Shown: in pieces, positions 1-10,530 of the stretch
Layout of the letters: every line of letters begins with the position of its first letter
Position numbering within the stretch: the stretch's first letter is position 1
Source of the DNA: Octopus sinensis
Taxonomy: Eukaryota
Direction of reading: 5' to 3'
Assembly: GCF_006345805.1 (NCBI RefSeq)
Contig: NW_021825585.1
Span: 1 to 14,800, forward strand
DNA length: 14,800 bases
The notes under the pieces: generated by a model
Databases searched by the model: none
The model's input: only the letters and a program-made list of their open reading frames with translations
Told to the model about the DNA's origin: nothing
Position numbers and translations under genes: made by a program

Positions 1-56
1 TAGAAATATTAATATTTCTAAGTCTTTCTAAAGGAGACTACGGCAGCTGTATTGGA

Positions 57-198
57 TATTAATAGTTAACGCCAAGCTAATATGACAGTCCAGAAAAAAT
101 AGGACACATGCTGCCGTTGATTCCGTTGGAGCTAACCAACGGCAGCATTCGTCCTATTTTTCTCGACTGCCATATTAGCTTGGCGATAACTATTAATA
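57..198. repeat. Long inverted repeat / hairpin (MITE-like), ~62-bp arms with 17-nt spacer
   Basis: Arm 57-119 (TATTAATAGTTAACGCCAAGCTAATATGACAGTCC...GCTGCCGTTG) is the reverse complement of arm 137-198 with about 6 differences. The outer ends are TA/TTAA-containing. Confidence 0.9.
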
Positions 199-320
199 AA
201 GATAGTTAATGTTTAGCGTAATTAGATAGTGGGCTGTGATGTTACGTATTAAGTATATAAGTTAATATTTCATAATATTATAATAGTTTTAGCAGTTGAA
301 TGATTATTAGATAGTATATA

Positions 321-734
321 GGCGTAGGAGTGACTGTGTGGTAAGTAGCTTGCTTACCAACCACATGGTTCCAGGTTCAGTCCCACTGCGTGGCACCTTG
401 GTCAAGTGTCTTCTACTATAGCCTCGGGCCGACCAAAGCCTTGTGAGTGGATTTGGTAGACGGAAACTGAAAGAAGCCTGTCGTATATATGTATATATAT
501 ATATATGTGTGTATGTGCGTGTTTGTGTGTCTGTGTTTGTCCCCCTAGCATTTCTTGACAACCGATGCTGGTGTGTTTATGTCCCCGTTACTTAGCGGTT
601 CGGCAAAAGAGACCGATGGAATAAGTATTGGGCTTACAAAAGAATAAGTCCCGGGGTCGAGTTGCTCGATTAAAGGCGGTGCTCCAGCATGGCCGCAGTC
701 AAATGACTGAAACAAGTAAAAGAGTAAAAGAGTA
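321..734 (+). mobile_element. Full-length tRNA-derived SINE (family 1 here; abundant Octopus-type SINE)
   Basis: A-box-like TGACTGTGTGG at 331-341, B-box GGTTCAGTCCC at 374-384, internal TA/TG microsatellite at ~484-535, and 3' end GCTCCAGCATGGCCGCAGTCAAATGACTGAAACAAGTAAAAGAGTAAAAGAG. Possible TSD AGTATAT at 313-319 and 731-737. Confidence 0.9.
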
Positions 735-779
735 TATGGTAATATCATAATAGTAATTGTACTATTTTTGTAATATTTT

Positions 780-835
780 GTGCTCCAGTATGACCGCAAC
801 CGCATGGTTGAAACGAATAAAAGAGTAAAAGAGTA
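780..835 (+). mobile_element. Degraded 3' fragment of family 1 SINE
   Basis: GTGCTCCAGTATGACCGCAACC...GAAACGAATAAAAGAGTAAAAGAG aligns with 679-733. Confidence 0.75.
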
Positions 836-901
836 TAGTAGTTGTAATAGTAATAGTAGGTCTATTAGCATTGAGTAATATTATAACATTAATAACATGC
901 G

Positions 902-1115
902 GCGAAAGAGGTTGTTTTGTGGACAACGGTCAAAGGGCATAAGGGCGGATACAGTCCTCTTTGGTAGAGCTGTCATCAAGTTTTTCAAGATTCGCTTGAA
1001 AAGGAAATTGAGGGCGGAGAGAGAAGTGTTGTCCTAGAGTAAGTTTATTGAAAGGTGGGTGAAAGTTGTGAAAACATCAAGAGTGGATGGTACCACTCTA
1101 AGTGCAGATCTGTGA
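902..1115 (+). pseudogene. Probable decayed LINE ORF2 C-terminal fragment (L1/Tx1-like)
   Basis: Reads AKEVVLWT..., then after a frameshift GRAVIKFFKIRLKRKLRAEREVLS*SKFIERWVKVVKTSRVDGTTLSADL*. It has an in-frame TAG at 1035-1037. It resembles the basic C-terminal tail of L1/Tx1-type ORF2; this is recognition only, with no search run. Confidence 0.45.
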
Positions 1116-1134
1116 GTCGGAGAGAAGGAAATGG

Positions 1135-1546
1135 GGATCTTTTCCGTTTGAACGGCAGTTTTTTCTAGCGGTGTCATATGAAATTGTCACCCATAATTAT
1201 GACCCTAGCATCGATCTATTGTATTTCAATCTGGTTTAGGGTTAGGGGTGGGGGGAAGGTATATTTTTTTATTCAGAAATGTAAATAACCCCAATCTGTT
1301 TCTTAAACGAGGGACATATTCATACGGCACAGAATGTTTTTTTACCTCAATGGACATCATCGATTGGTTGAAATTGCAGAAATTGAAGAAAAAAAACAAC
1401 AAATATCTTACAAACTATATAATTTTCTCAATAAAGCCAAGAGAAAAAAATGTTTTATAAACACATTCTACCAGTATACGAAGTTTAAAATTTTTTAGTT
1501 ACGTGGAAATTATTTTAAAGAACTGCCGTTCAAACCGAAAAGATCC
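1135..1546. mobile_element. Non-autonomous DNA transposon (MITE) with 26-bp terminal inverted repeats
   Basis: GGATCTTTTCCGTTTGAACGGCAGTT (1135-1160) matches the reverse complement of AACTGCCGTTCAAACCGAAAAGATCC (1521-1546) at 25/26 positions. The interior is AT-rich and non-coding. No clear TSD. Confidence 0.85.
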
Positions 1547-1806
1547 ATATATTGTACTATAGAATAATATCAAGTAATAATAGTGAATGATAATAACTAC
1601 TAACAGAGATAACCATTATTAACTAAAATTAATTTTACTAAATAATGATTGTAGGTAATAAAAATTTATTGAAAATAGACCACTGCAATGGTTAAAATAC
1701 AATTATAAATATTAACGTGGGTATACATTGATTATGGCGGTTAATTAGGCTAAATAATAATACGAGTAATATTATTAAAAACGCAACAATTATAACTATA
1801 GAAGAT

Positions 1807-1940
1807 CATTATATCAACCCCAATACTCAACTGGTACCTATTTTATCGATTCAGAAAGGATTAAAAGCAAAGTCGACTTCGGCGGAATTTGAACTCAGAA
1901 CCTGAAGACGGCCGAAACGCTGGGAGGCATTTTGCCCGGC
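1807..1940 (-). mobile_element. Truncated tRNA-derived SINE (family 2 here)
   Basis: The minus strand reads GCCGGGCAAAATGC...GAGTTCAAATTCCGCC (B-box)...CCAGTTGAGTATTGGGG. It is homologous to 2551-2736 and to the head at 12673-12730. Confidence 0.85.
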
Positions 1941-2005
1941 AACAACAACAACAACAATAACAATAACAATGATGATGATAATAATAAATAATAATAATAA
2001 TAATA

Positions 2006-2041
<36 letters not shown>

Positions 2042-2074
2042 TAATAATATAATATAATGATAATAATAATAATG

Positions 2075-2123
<49 letters not shown>

Positions 2124-2147
2124 TAATATGATATAATAATAATAATG

Positions 2148-2183
<36 letters not shown>

Positions 2184-2200
2184 TGATAATAATAATAATA

Positions 2201-2243
<43 letters not shown>
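1941..2243. repeat. Imperfect (AAC)/(AAT)n microsatellite
   Basis: A direct trinucleotide run with GAT/TAT interruptions. Confidence 0.97.
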
Positions 2244-2245
<2 letters not shown>

Positions 2246-2477
2246 CCCTTATTCAAGGACCTTTTGAGGGGATGGTTTCTCGACCAGAAGAAAATTCTAC
2301 TGGCCCCACCTGCAAGGTCATGTGCTGTTTATCTTGATATGAGATCACCATGTCGCACACATATGGTTGCAATGCATGTGCCTGGTGTACCCTTATCAGA
2401 TGGTAGTCATGATGGTATACTGGGCTTTGTATATTTACCCCAGTGTCACTTTGATGGCATGAACTGCTCTCTCACTC
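2244..2477 (+). mobile_element. Interspersed retroposon 3' segment ending in an (AAT)n tail (family unassigned)
   Basis: A complex-sequence island between AAT tracts, ending CTCTCTCACTC-AAC(AAT)n. It resembles a common Octopus repeat; the retroposon nature is inferred from the tail. Confidence 0.5.
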
Positions 2478-2480
2478 AAC

Positions 2481-2551
<71 letters not shown>
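2478..2551. repeat. Pure (AAT)n microsatellite
   Basis: An uninterrupted AAT run of about 24 units. Confidence 0.97.
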
Positions 2552-2552
<1 letters not shown>

Positions 2553-2736
2553 CCCTTCTACTAAAGGCACAAGGCCTGAAATTTGGGGTGAGAGGACTGG
2601 TCGATTATATTGACCCCAGTGTTTCACTGGTATTCAATCTTATCGACCCCGAAATGATGAAAGTTAAAGTCGACCTCTGTGGAATTTAAACTCAGAACGC
2701 GAAGATGGACGTAATGCCGACAGGCATTTACCCGGC
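2551..2736 (-). mobile_element. 5'-truncated family 2 SINE with (ATT)n tail
   Basis: The minus strand runs GCCGGGTAAATGCC...GAGTTTAAATTCC (B-box-like)...GGCCTTGTGCCTTTAGTAGAAGGGAT into (TAT)n. It is homologous to 1807-1940. Confidence 0.85.
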
Positions 2737-2761
2737 AATAATAATAATAATAATAATAATA

Positions 2762-2800
<39 letters not shown>

Positions 2801-2857
2801 TGATGATGATGATGATGATGATAATAATAATAGTAATAATAGTAATAATAATAATAA
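2737..2857. repeat. (AAT)n/(GAT)n compound microsatellite
   Basis: A direct trinucleotide run. Confidence 0.95.
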
Positions 2858-3070
2858 AGAAATAAACGGAAAAAGCATTACCTCTACAAATAAAATATTT
2901 TCTGAACTAGTTTGGGTTGTGTAGGTGACAAACGGTTGAAAAATCAACACAAACTCGAAGATTCTTCGTTTGACCTAAAAAAAAAATGATTGTATTTGAA
3001 AAGAAGAAAACTAGAAAACACGGATAAGCACATGCGCGGGCTGAAAGTTGTATGTGTTGTCGGCACGAAC

Positions 3071-3349
3071 GAAATAAATATAACACTCACCGCCCGTACA
3101 CACGTACATGAAATTACACCGACTTGAACGCGCACACACTCACACACTCGCACACTCACACACATGCACATGTATCTATATTTATACATATATGTACATA
3201 CGTGAACAGGAAATAAATATAACACTCACCGCCCGTACACACGTACATGAAATTACACCGACTTGAACACGCACACACTCACACACTCACACACTCACAC
3301 ACTCACACACTCACACACATGTATCTATATTTATACATATATGTACATA
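3071..3349. repeat. Local tandem duplication, 2 copies, period 139 bp
   Basis: GAAATAAATATAACACTCACCGCCCGTACACACGTACATGAAATTACACCGACTTGAAC starts at both 3071 and 3210. Each copy continues through a CACACT tract into CATGTATCTATATTTATACATATATGTACATA. Confidence 0.92.
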
Positions 3350-3554
3350 TACGTACAGAAATACAAACGGCTTGTCTACGTGTCTGTCTGTCCGTGTGTC
3401 TGTCTCTGTCTCACTGTCTAGAGGTAAAAATGCATGGTGTTTGTAAACTGTACGACGCATCGTTTCCTAAGACAGATTCTCTCTGTAATTACCTCATAGA
3501 AAAAAAACCGCCATTTAAGTGGTCTGCCTGCTTGCCTTCGCTGACGCTGTAGTC

Positions 3555-4127
3555 TTTTTCTCCCCCTCTGCTTTTTCTCTCCCCACCCCTCCCCGCCGCC
3601 TCCTGCCTCTTCTTTCTCTCCTTCTTCATCACTTTCCTTCTCCTCCTCTTCGTCGTCGTTGTTGTTGTTGTTGTCGTTGCGATCTTCGCTGTTGCTTTAT
3701 CTTTTTTTCTTTCTATTATATATATATATACATTTATACATTTTTATTCTCACTGTTGTTGTTTTCGTTGTTGCTGTTGTTGCTGTTATATTTCGCCTTC
3801 ATTTTTTTTTCTCTCTCTGTCTTTTATCGTATTTTTCTCTGATGTTTTTGTTGTTCTTTTTCCAGTTTTTCTACTTTCACTTTCATATTTGTCTTTACTT
3901 GTTTACTCTTCTGTGCTTTTTGCTTTTCTTTTATTTCTTATTGTTTTTTTTATTGTTTTTTTCCCCTCCTCTGCTGTTTCTTCATTCGTATGTTTGATTC
4001 CTTGATATCTATTTTATTTGTTATTCTTTAAAACCATTCTTATTTTCGTTCTATTCCTCTTACTCTCTCTTCATACGATTTTGCTTCCTTCTCTCTCTCT
4101 GTCTTGTGTTCTCTCTTTCTTCCTTTC

Positions 4128-4164
<37 letters not shown>

Positions 4165-4341
4165 CTCACAACGCATCTCTCTCTTTCTCTCTCTCATATC
4201 CTTTCTCTATCTCTTTTCGTCTATCAACAACCCCGTAAACCAATTGCTCTCTGTCTCTCTGTCTCTCTCTGTCTGTCTCTCTGCCTCTCTGTCTCTCTCT
4301 GTCTGTCTCTCTGCCTCTGTCTGTCTCTCTGTCTGTATCTA

Positions 4342-4405
<64 letters not shown>

Positions 4406-4500
4406 GCCTTTCCTTTTATATATTCTTTCAGCAATTTTCTCTCCCCCTGCAGCACGTACATACACACAAACACAAACACACACACACACACACAATCACC
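3555..4500. repeat. Pyrimidine-rich low-complexity region with GTT, CT, CTGT, TA and CA microsatellites
   Basis: Strong C/T strand skew with multiple short tandem runs. Confidence 0.9.
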
Positions 4501-5225
4501 TGCGCGCGCGCACAAGGTCTCCTATTTCTCTTTTAGTTGTATATTCTTTCTATCCTTCCACATGTATATTATTTTGTAGCGTTCTCCCTCCCTCTCTCCT
4601 ATATACTTGTATGTAGGCATGTATGTGTTATATATATATATATATATTTGTGTGTGTGTGCGTGTGTGGGTGTATATATATGTATATAAGTATATATATA
4701 TATATATATATGTATAATCTCGCACTTTCTCCTCCCCTGTATTGTATTTTTACCCTCTTCATCCTGTCTCTCTCCCCGGCTTCTACACACACATGCCCAT
4801 ATACCCCCTTTCATATCCCCCCCCTATTTCCCCCCCCACCCCACACACACATCGTTCATATTTTGTCTCTTCTTCACTCTATTCGTTCAGCATTCATCCT
4901 CACACACACACAAACACACAAACACACACACACCCTTCCCACACACATACGCCAATACTTACTCCTACATACACTACCCTCCCTTTCCTACTTTCACTTT
5001 CGCTTTCTCTTCTTTCACATTCCCTTCCCTCTTTCCCCCTTCCCTTCTTATTCCTTTCGTATTTGTTTTCATTTTACGCTTTTATGCTTTATCTATCCGA
5101 TTGTTCGGTTGGTCTAACAGTCCTACTGGTTCGGCCAAATTCCTGGCGCAGCCGTCTTCATTTCTTCATATCTTTCATGTCCGTATGTCCGTCTGCTTGT
5201 TCGGCTGTCCGTCTGTTAAGCTACA

Positions 5226-5236
5226 TATACACATGC

Positions 5237-5291
<55 letters not shown>

Positions 5292-5567
5292 TTGTTTGTG
5301 TGTTTTGTGCTTGCCTCTTTCTCTCAATGCACACTTCTCGCTGAATACACGTTCACCTCCCCACAGTTATTCACTCCGCTTCTCTTTTCTGTTTTCTGCT
5401 AATAATGATAGTCTGGTCTGGTATTTCTGTATACATACATACGTACATGCATACTATATATATATATATATGCGTGTATGTGTGTATGTGTGTATGCGAG
5501 TATATCCGTTTATTTCTCTTTTCTTCTTGCCTTGGTGTGTTCATATATATACGTATATATATATATG

Positions 5568-5628
<61 letters not shown>

Positions 5629-5990
5629 CATACTTAGAGACATAAGTATATATATATGTATATATGCATATAGACATATATATGTATATATATGTATATA
5701 TGGATATATATGCATATATATGTATATATGCATATATGTATTTATATGAATTATATATATGTAAGTATATATATATGTGTGTATATATGTACATATCTAT
5801 GTATGCATGAATATATATGCTTATATATGTGTATATATAGATATATTTATATGTATATATGTATGCATATATAATATATATATGTGTATATATCTATGCG
5901 CATGTACGTATGTATATACTAATATATATATATGTATCATTATACGTATATATCTATACATAATATATATATATGCGCACGCACACATGC
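5226..5990. repeat. TA/TATG-rich microsatellite field
   Basis: (TA)n at 5244-5287 and 5567-5625, with degenerate TATG/TACA runs between and after. Confidence 0.93.
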
Positions 5991-6112
5991 ACACAGGCAC
6001 CCGTTTATTTTCATAGACAGTGGTACGTGCACACATCTATATTCTTTGTATTATACCCGCGTATATCTCTTTTTCTTTCTCCCTCCTCCATCCGTGCCCA
6101 TCTCCCCCTCAC

Positions 6113-6244
6113 CGGTCACTGCATACTGCATATCGGTCTTTGTGTCAACAAATTCGTAATTTTTCTTCATTTCGGATGAGGAATCAGAAATCCCCTCCTG
6201 GGACGGTTTATCATCGTACGGCTTTTTAATTCAGTAAAGCTTTT
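6113..6244 (-). other. Candidate spliceosomal exon (unassigned gene)
   Basis: Acceptor TTGTATTTTTGCCATTGTAG| at 6245/6244 and donor ACCG|GTGAGG at 6113/6112 give a 132-nt exon. The frame reads KLY*IKKPYDDKPSQEGISDSSSEMKKNYEFVDTKTDMQYAVT with an ATG at 6170. An alternative acceptor TATGTTTTATCAG|G lies at 6463/6462. No homology recognised. Confidence 0.3.
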
Positions 6245-6532
6245 CTACAATGGCAAAAATACAAAGGCAGGTTTTTGTTACTTTCCAAAGCGAACCAATT
6301 CTTTCGTCGGGTTCCAATCTCGAGTTCGAATCCCCATGTGGGGCATACATCACTACAGCAGAACCAAAGATCAAGTAGAGTATACTGCCATTCCCTTCGT
6401 AGGATAGTTATCAGGTTGACACAACGGAAGTGTAAGCTTTTGCGATGCTTCTCATCTGAGACCTGATAAAACATAGTAACCAAATCTTCCCTCAGCTTTC
6501 AAGCACAAAAGGCATACCTACTTACATACATA

Positions 6533-6598
6533 CCGACCTACCTACCTACATACCTACCTACCTACCTATCTACCTACCAACCTACCTACCTACATACA

Positions 6599-6633
<35 letters not shown>

Positions 6634-6660
6634 GCATACATGCATATATATATATATATT
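6533..6660. repeat. (CTAC)n-(CATA)n-(TA)n compound microsatellite
   Basis: Direct tandem runs. Confidence 0.93.
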
Positions 6661-6687
6661 TACTTTTTTATAATATTTTAACTAAGT

Positions 6688-6779
6688 TTGCATCGCCCCA
6701 TAACTTAGCGGTTCGCAAAAAAAACGATTGATTAAGTACAATTTAATAAACATCATGGCCGCAGTCAAATGACTGAAAG
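6688..6779 (+). mobile_element. Internally deleted 3' fragment of family 1 SINE
   Basis: CCCCATAACTTAGCGGTTCGCAAAA and CATGGCCGCAGTCAAATGACTGAAA match 582-607 and 688-712, with the middle missing. Confidence 0.8.
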
Positions 6780-6821
6780 ATGCAGATGATAAAATGTGAA
6801 ATATGTACACATATATATGTG

Positions 6822-6861
<40 letters not shown>

Positions 6862-6862
<1 letters not shown>

Positions 6863-7165
6863 TATATCACTGTGATCACCGTGACTGACTTGGCTATCAG
6901 ATGTTGCTACACATCGCTGGTAACAATGCGCTTCGCATTGTTTTAGCCTTCAAATGATGCCACCCCACTGGCTAAGCGAGCAGGCCAACAGAAGAAAGTT
7001 GTGCCGAAAGAGTACAGCAGGGATCACAACCACCCCCTACTGGAGCCTTGTGGAGCTTTTAGGTGTTTTCTTTCAATAAACACTCACAACGCCGGTCTGG
7101 GAATCGAAGCTGTGATCCTACAACCGCGAGTCCGCTGCCCTAATCACGGGGCCATTACGCCTCCA
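6862..7165 (-). mobile_element. tRNA(Arg)-like SINE (family 3, tail type A; possibly Octopus OR1/OR2 group)
   Basis: The minus strand reads GGAGGCGTAATGGCCCCGTGATTAGGGCAGCGGACTCGCGGTTGTAGGATCACAGCTTCGATTCCCAGACC.... The head and core match 13578-13740. The 3' end is GTCACGGTGATCACAGTGATA. Confidence 0.88.
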
Positions 7166-7174
7166 CACACAGAG

Positions 7175-7230
<56 letters not shown>

Positions 7231-7339
7231 CCTCGTACGAAACGATCGTACCGAGGTTTTAATCCATTTTTGTTGCTTTTTTCCTATATATATATATAAT
7301 ATACATATATATATTATGCATGTCTCTGTGTAAGTGCTT

Positions 7340-7580
7340 TTGTATTTATCCCTTACCTCATAGCAACCGCTGTTGGCTTGTTTATGTCCCCGTAACGTAA
7401 CAGCTCGGCAAAACAGACCGATAAAATAAATAGCAGGTTCCAAAATACGTAAGTGAAATAAAACATTTAGTACTAGGGCCGATTTTTTTTACTCCCCCCC
7501 CCCACTAAAACCTTTTGAAGTCGTTGCTCCAGCATGGCCTCAGTCCAATGACTTGAAGTCAGCAAGTAAAAAAAAAAAAC
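7340..7580 (+). mobile_element. Diverged 3' half of family 1 SINE
   Basis: TTTATGTCCCCGTAAC...TCGGCAAAACAGACCGAT...GCTCCAGCATGGCCTCAGTCCAATGACTTGAA...CAAGTAAAAAA aligns with 545-725. Confidence 0.8.
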
Positions 7581-7919
7581 AAGATGAACGATAAAAAAAG
7601 ATTTCCATCTTTGAAACAATATTTTTCGATAATAAATTCTCAGTAAATCAGTGCAAGATATTTTATCGGAATTCTTTTGTATACTTTGGAGAAACAAGAA
7701 CAAAAGTGATTAAATTTGTTTTAAATTTTTGCTTTTTTTCCGCAATCGTCCGAAGATTGCTTAGATTGGCGATAAGAAATCCAGCGAACAGATTCGTGGA
7801 TGATATAAGCACGGCTTCTAATAAATTGTAAACTACTCCACTAACATCAAGTATCAGTGACGTTTTCCTCTCATGTGTGTACACACAGACGTGCGTGTGT
7901 ATGACGTCGCCGTCTCTGC

Positions 7920-7987
7920 ATGTATATATCAATAAATAATACATATATATGCATATATACATCCATACATACATACATATATATATA

Positions 7988-8027
<40 letters not shown>

Positions 8028-8028
8028 C

Positions 8029-8085
<57 letters not shown>

Positions 8086-8120
8086 GTATATATATATATA
8101 TGTCGTGTATATGTGTGTTC

Positions 8121-8174
<54 letters not shown>

Positions 8175-8253
8175 GTATATAGATGTATATTGCGTATATA
8201 TACATATATACACGCACACACACACACATTTATATATATATATACATATACAT

Positions 8254-8306
<53 letters not shown>

Positions 8307-8388
8307 CTGATGTATGAGCGCAGCTTGTTTGACAAGCAGGCTGTTTGACGTAAAGACAAAAAAGCCATTAGGCACACACAAACACATA

Positions 8389-8430
<42 letters not shown>
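7920..8430. repeat. TA/TG/CA microsatellite field
   Basis: Long (TA)n, (TG)n and (CA)n runs. Confidence 0.95.
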
Positions 8431-8431
<1 letters not shown>

Positions 8432-8586
8432 GCATATAAATGTATATGAGCATGTATGTGAATGTTTATACGAGTGTACGTACGTCCGTGTGTGTATATA
8501 TCGATCACATCACTCTTATTTATATACTGCTGTAATTATTGATTTATCGATACGGTGTCCATGTCCGTGTGTTTGTGTGTCTGCGT

Positions 8587-8617
<31 letters not shown>

Positions 8618-8844
8618 CATATGTATATACATGTGTATATGTGTATGTTGTGTGTTCATACCTTTTCGTTGTTTACATATATCTGAAACCATCTCTCTCA
8701 CTCTCTCGCTCTCTCTCTTTTTGACTTTCCCCTTCTCCTTCACCCCAACTCTTTTTCTCCAAATCTCCATTTTTATCTTAGTTAAACTCTCCTACTTCCC
8801 TCTCTCTCCTAGTACATTCTTTACTTTTCTGTTATTAGTCACTC

Positions 8845-8864
8845 TCTCTATCTCTCTCTCTCTT

Positions 8865-8936
<72 letters not shown>

Positions 8937-9142
8937 CATTTGTCTATCCATCCATCTATATGTCTATCTCTCTGTCTATCAATCTGTCTGTCTATCCATC
9001 CATCCATCCATCCATCCATCCATCCATCCATCCATCCATCTATGTATGTATGTATGTATGTATGTATGTATGTATCTATCTATCTATCTATCTATCTATC
9101 TAACTATCTGTCTATGTATCTATCTCTATCTCTCTCTCTCTT

Positions 9143-9234
<92 letters not shown>

Positions 9235-9265
9235 CATCTATCTATTTATCCATCTATCAATCTAT
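8845..9265. repeat. Compound (TC)/(TCTA)/(TCCA)/(TATG) microsatellite
   Basis: Successive tetranucleotide arrays. These are the source of the spurious SIYL/SIHP/YVCM ORFs. Confidence 0.96.
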
Positions 9266-9524
9266 TCCTCTCTATCAATCAGTCTCTGCATCTCCCCTTC
9301 TTTTCTCTTCCTCAAACTCTCCCTCGCTGACTTTTAGCACATTCCTTGCTCTCTCTATATTTGTCTCTCTATGTTTCACCCTCTCTCCTTCTCCTTCTCT
9401 TTCCCTATCTCTCTTAAACTTTCTATCTTTCGCACTTAAATTGCCCTCCCCCACTCCACTCCGTCGCTTGAGCACATTATGCTTGTTCTTTTCAATGAAC
9501 GCACGTAATTACACTTAAACATAT

Positions 9525-9885
<361 letters not shown>

Positions 9886-10019
9886 GTTCACACGTTAAAT
9901 CAGGCTGAAAATGCATGTCGAAATGTATTTGTATGAAAACATACATACACTCACATAAACACACACATATATACATACATATAAGCAAAGACTTGAACAC
10001 TTGCTTGTAAACCGTCACA

Positions 10020-10425
10020 CGTACATATCCATCGATGCATACATACATACATATATATATACAAATGTAGTTATATACACACGGGCTCTGACACGTAAAC
10101 ATCTATATACCCACACACATACACTTATATATACATACATACACACTCGTGCACACACACACATACATATCTATCGATACACACATACATACATACATAC
10201 ATACGCACAAACAAATGTAGTTATATACACATGGGCTCTGACGCGTAAACATCTATATATACCCTCACACATACACTTATACATACATACTCGTACGCGC
10301 ACACACACATACATATCTATCGATACACACACACATACATACGCACAAACAAATGCAGTTATATACATATGAGCTCTGACACGTAAACATCTATATACCC
10401 TCACACATGCATTTATACATACATA
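10020..10425. repeat. Tandem repeat, ~3 copies, period 138-150 bp
   Basis: ACAAATG(T/C)AGTTATATACA...GCTCTGAC(A/G)CGTAAACATCTATATA starts at 10061, 10211 and 10349. Spacing varies with the length of the CA/CATA tracts. Confidence 0.92.
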
Positions 10426-10530
10426 CATACATACTACATACATACATACATACATACATACATACATCCATACATACATTCATCCATACATACATACATA
10501 CATACATACATACATACATACATACATACT
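10425..10530. repeat. (CATA)n microsatellite
   Basis: A direct tetranucleotide run. Confidence 0.95.

Noticed and set aside
3508-3516. Isolated YY1-like CCGCCATTT in a short unique stretch
   Set aside because: A single 9-mer with no other promoter evidence, compatible with chance.
6324-6343. Perfect B-box GTTCGAATCC followed by the hairpin CCCCATGTGGGG
   Set aside because: I found no suitably spaced A-box or cloverleaf, and a lone 10-mer is insufficient evidence of a Pol III gene.
7663-7870. Hydrophobic minus-strand open frame [42 protein letters not shown]
   Set aside because: No recognisable homology and no convincing flanking splice pair. The upstream part of the ORF is microsatellite.
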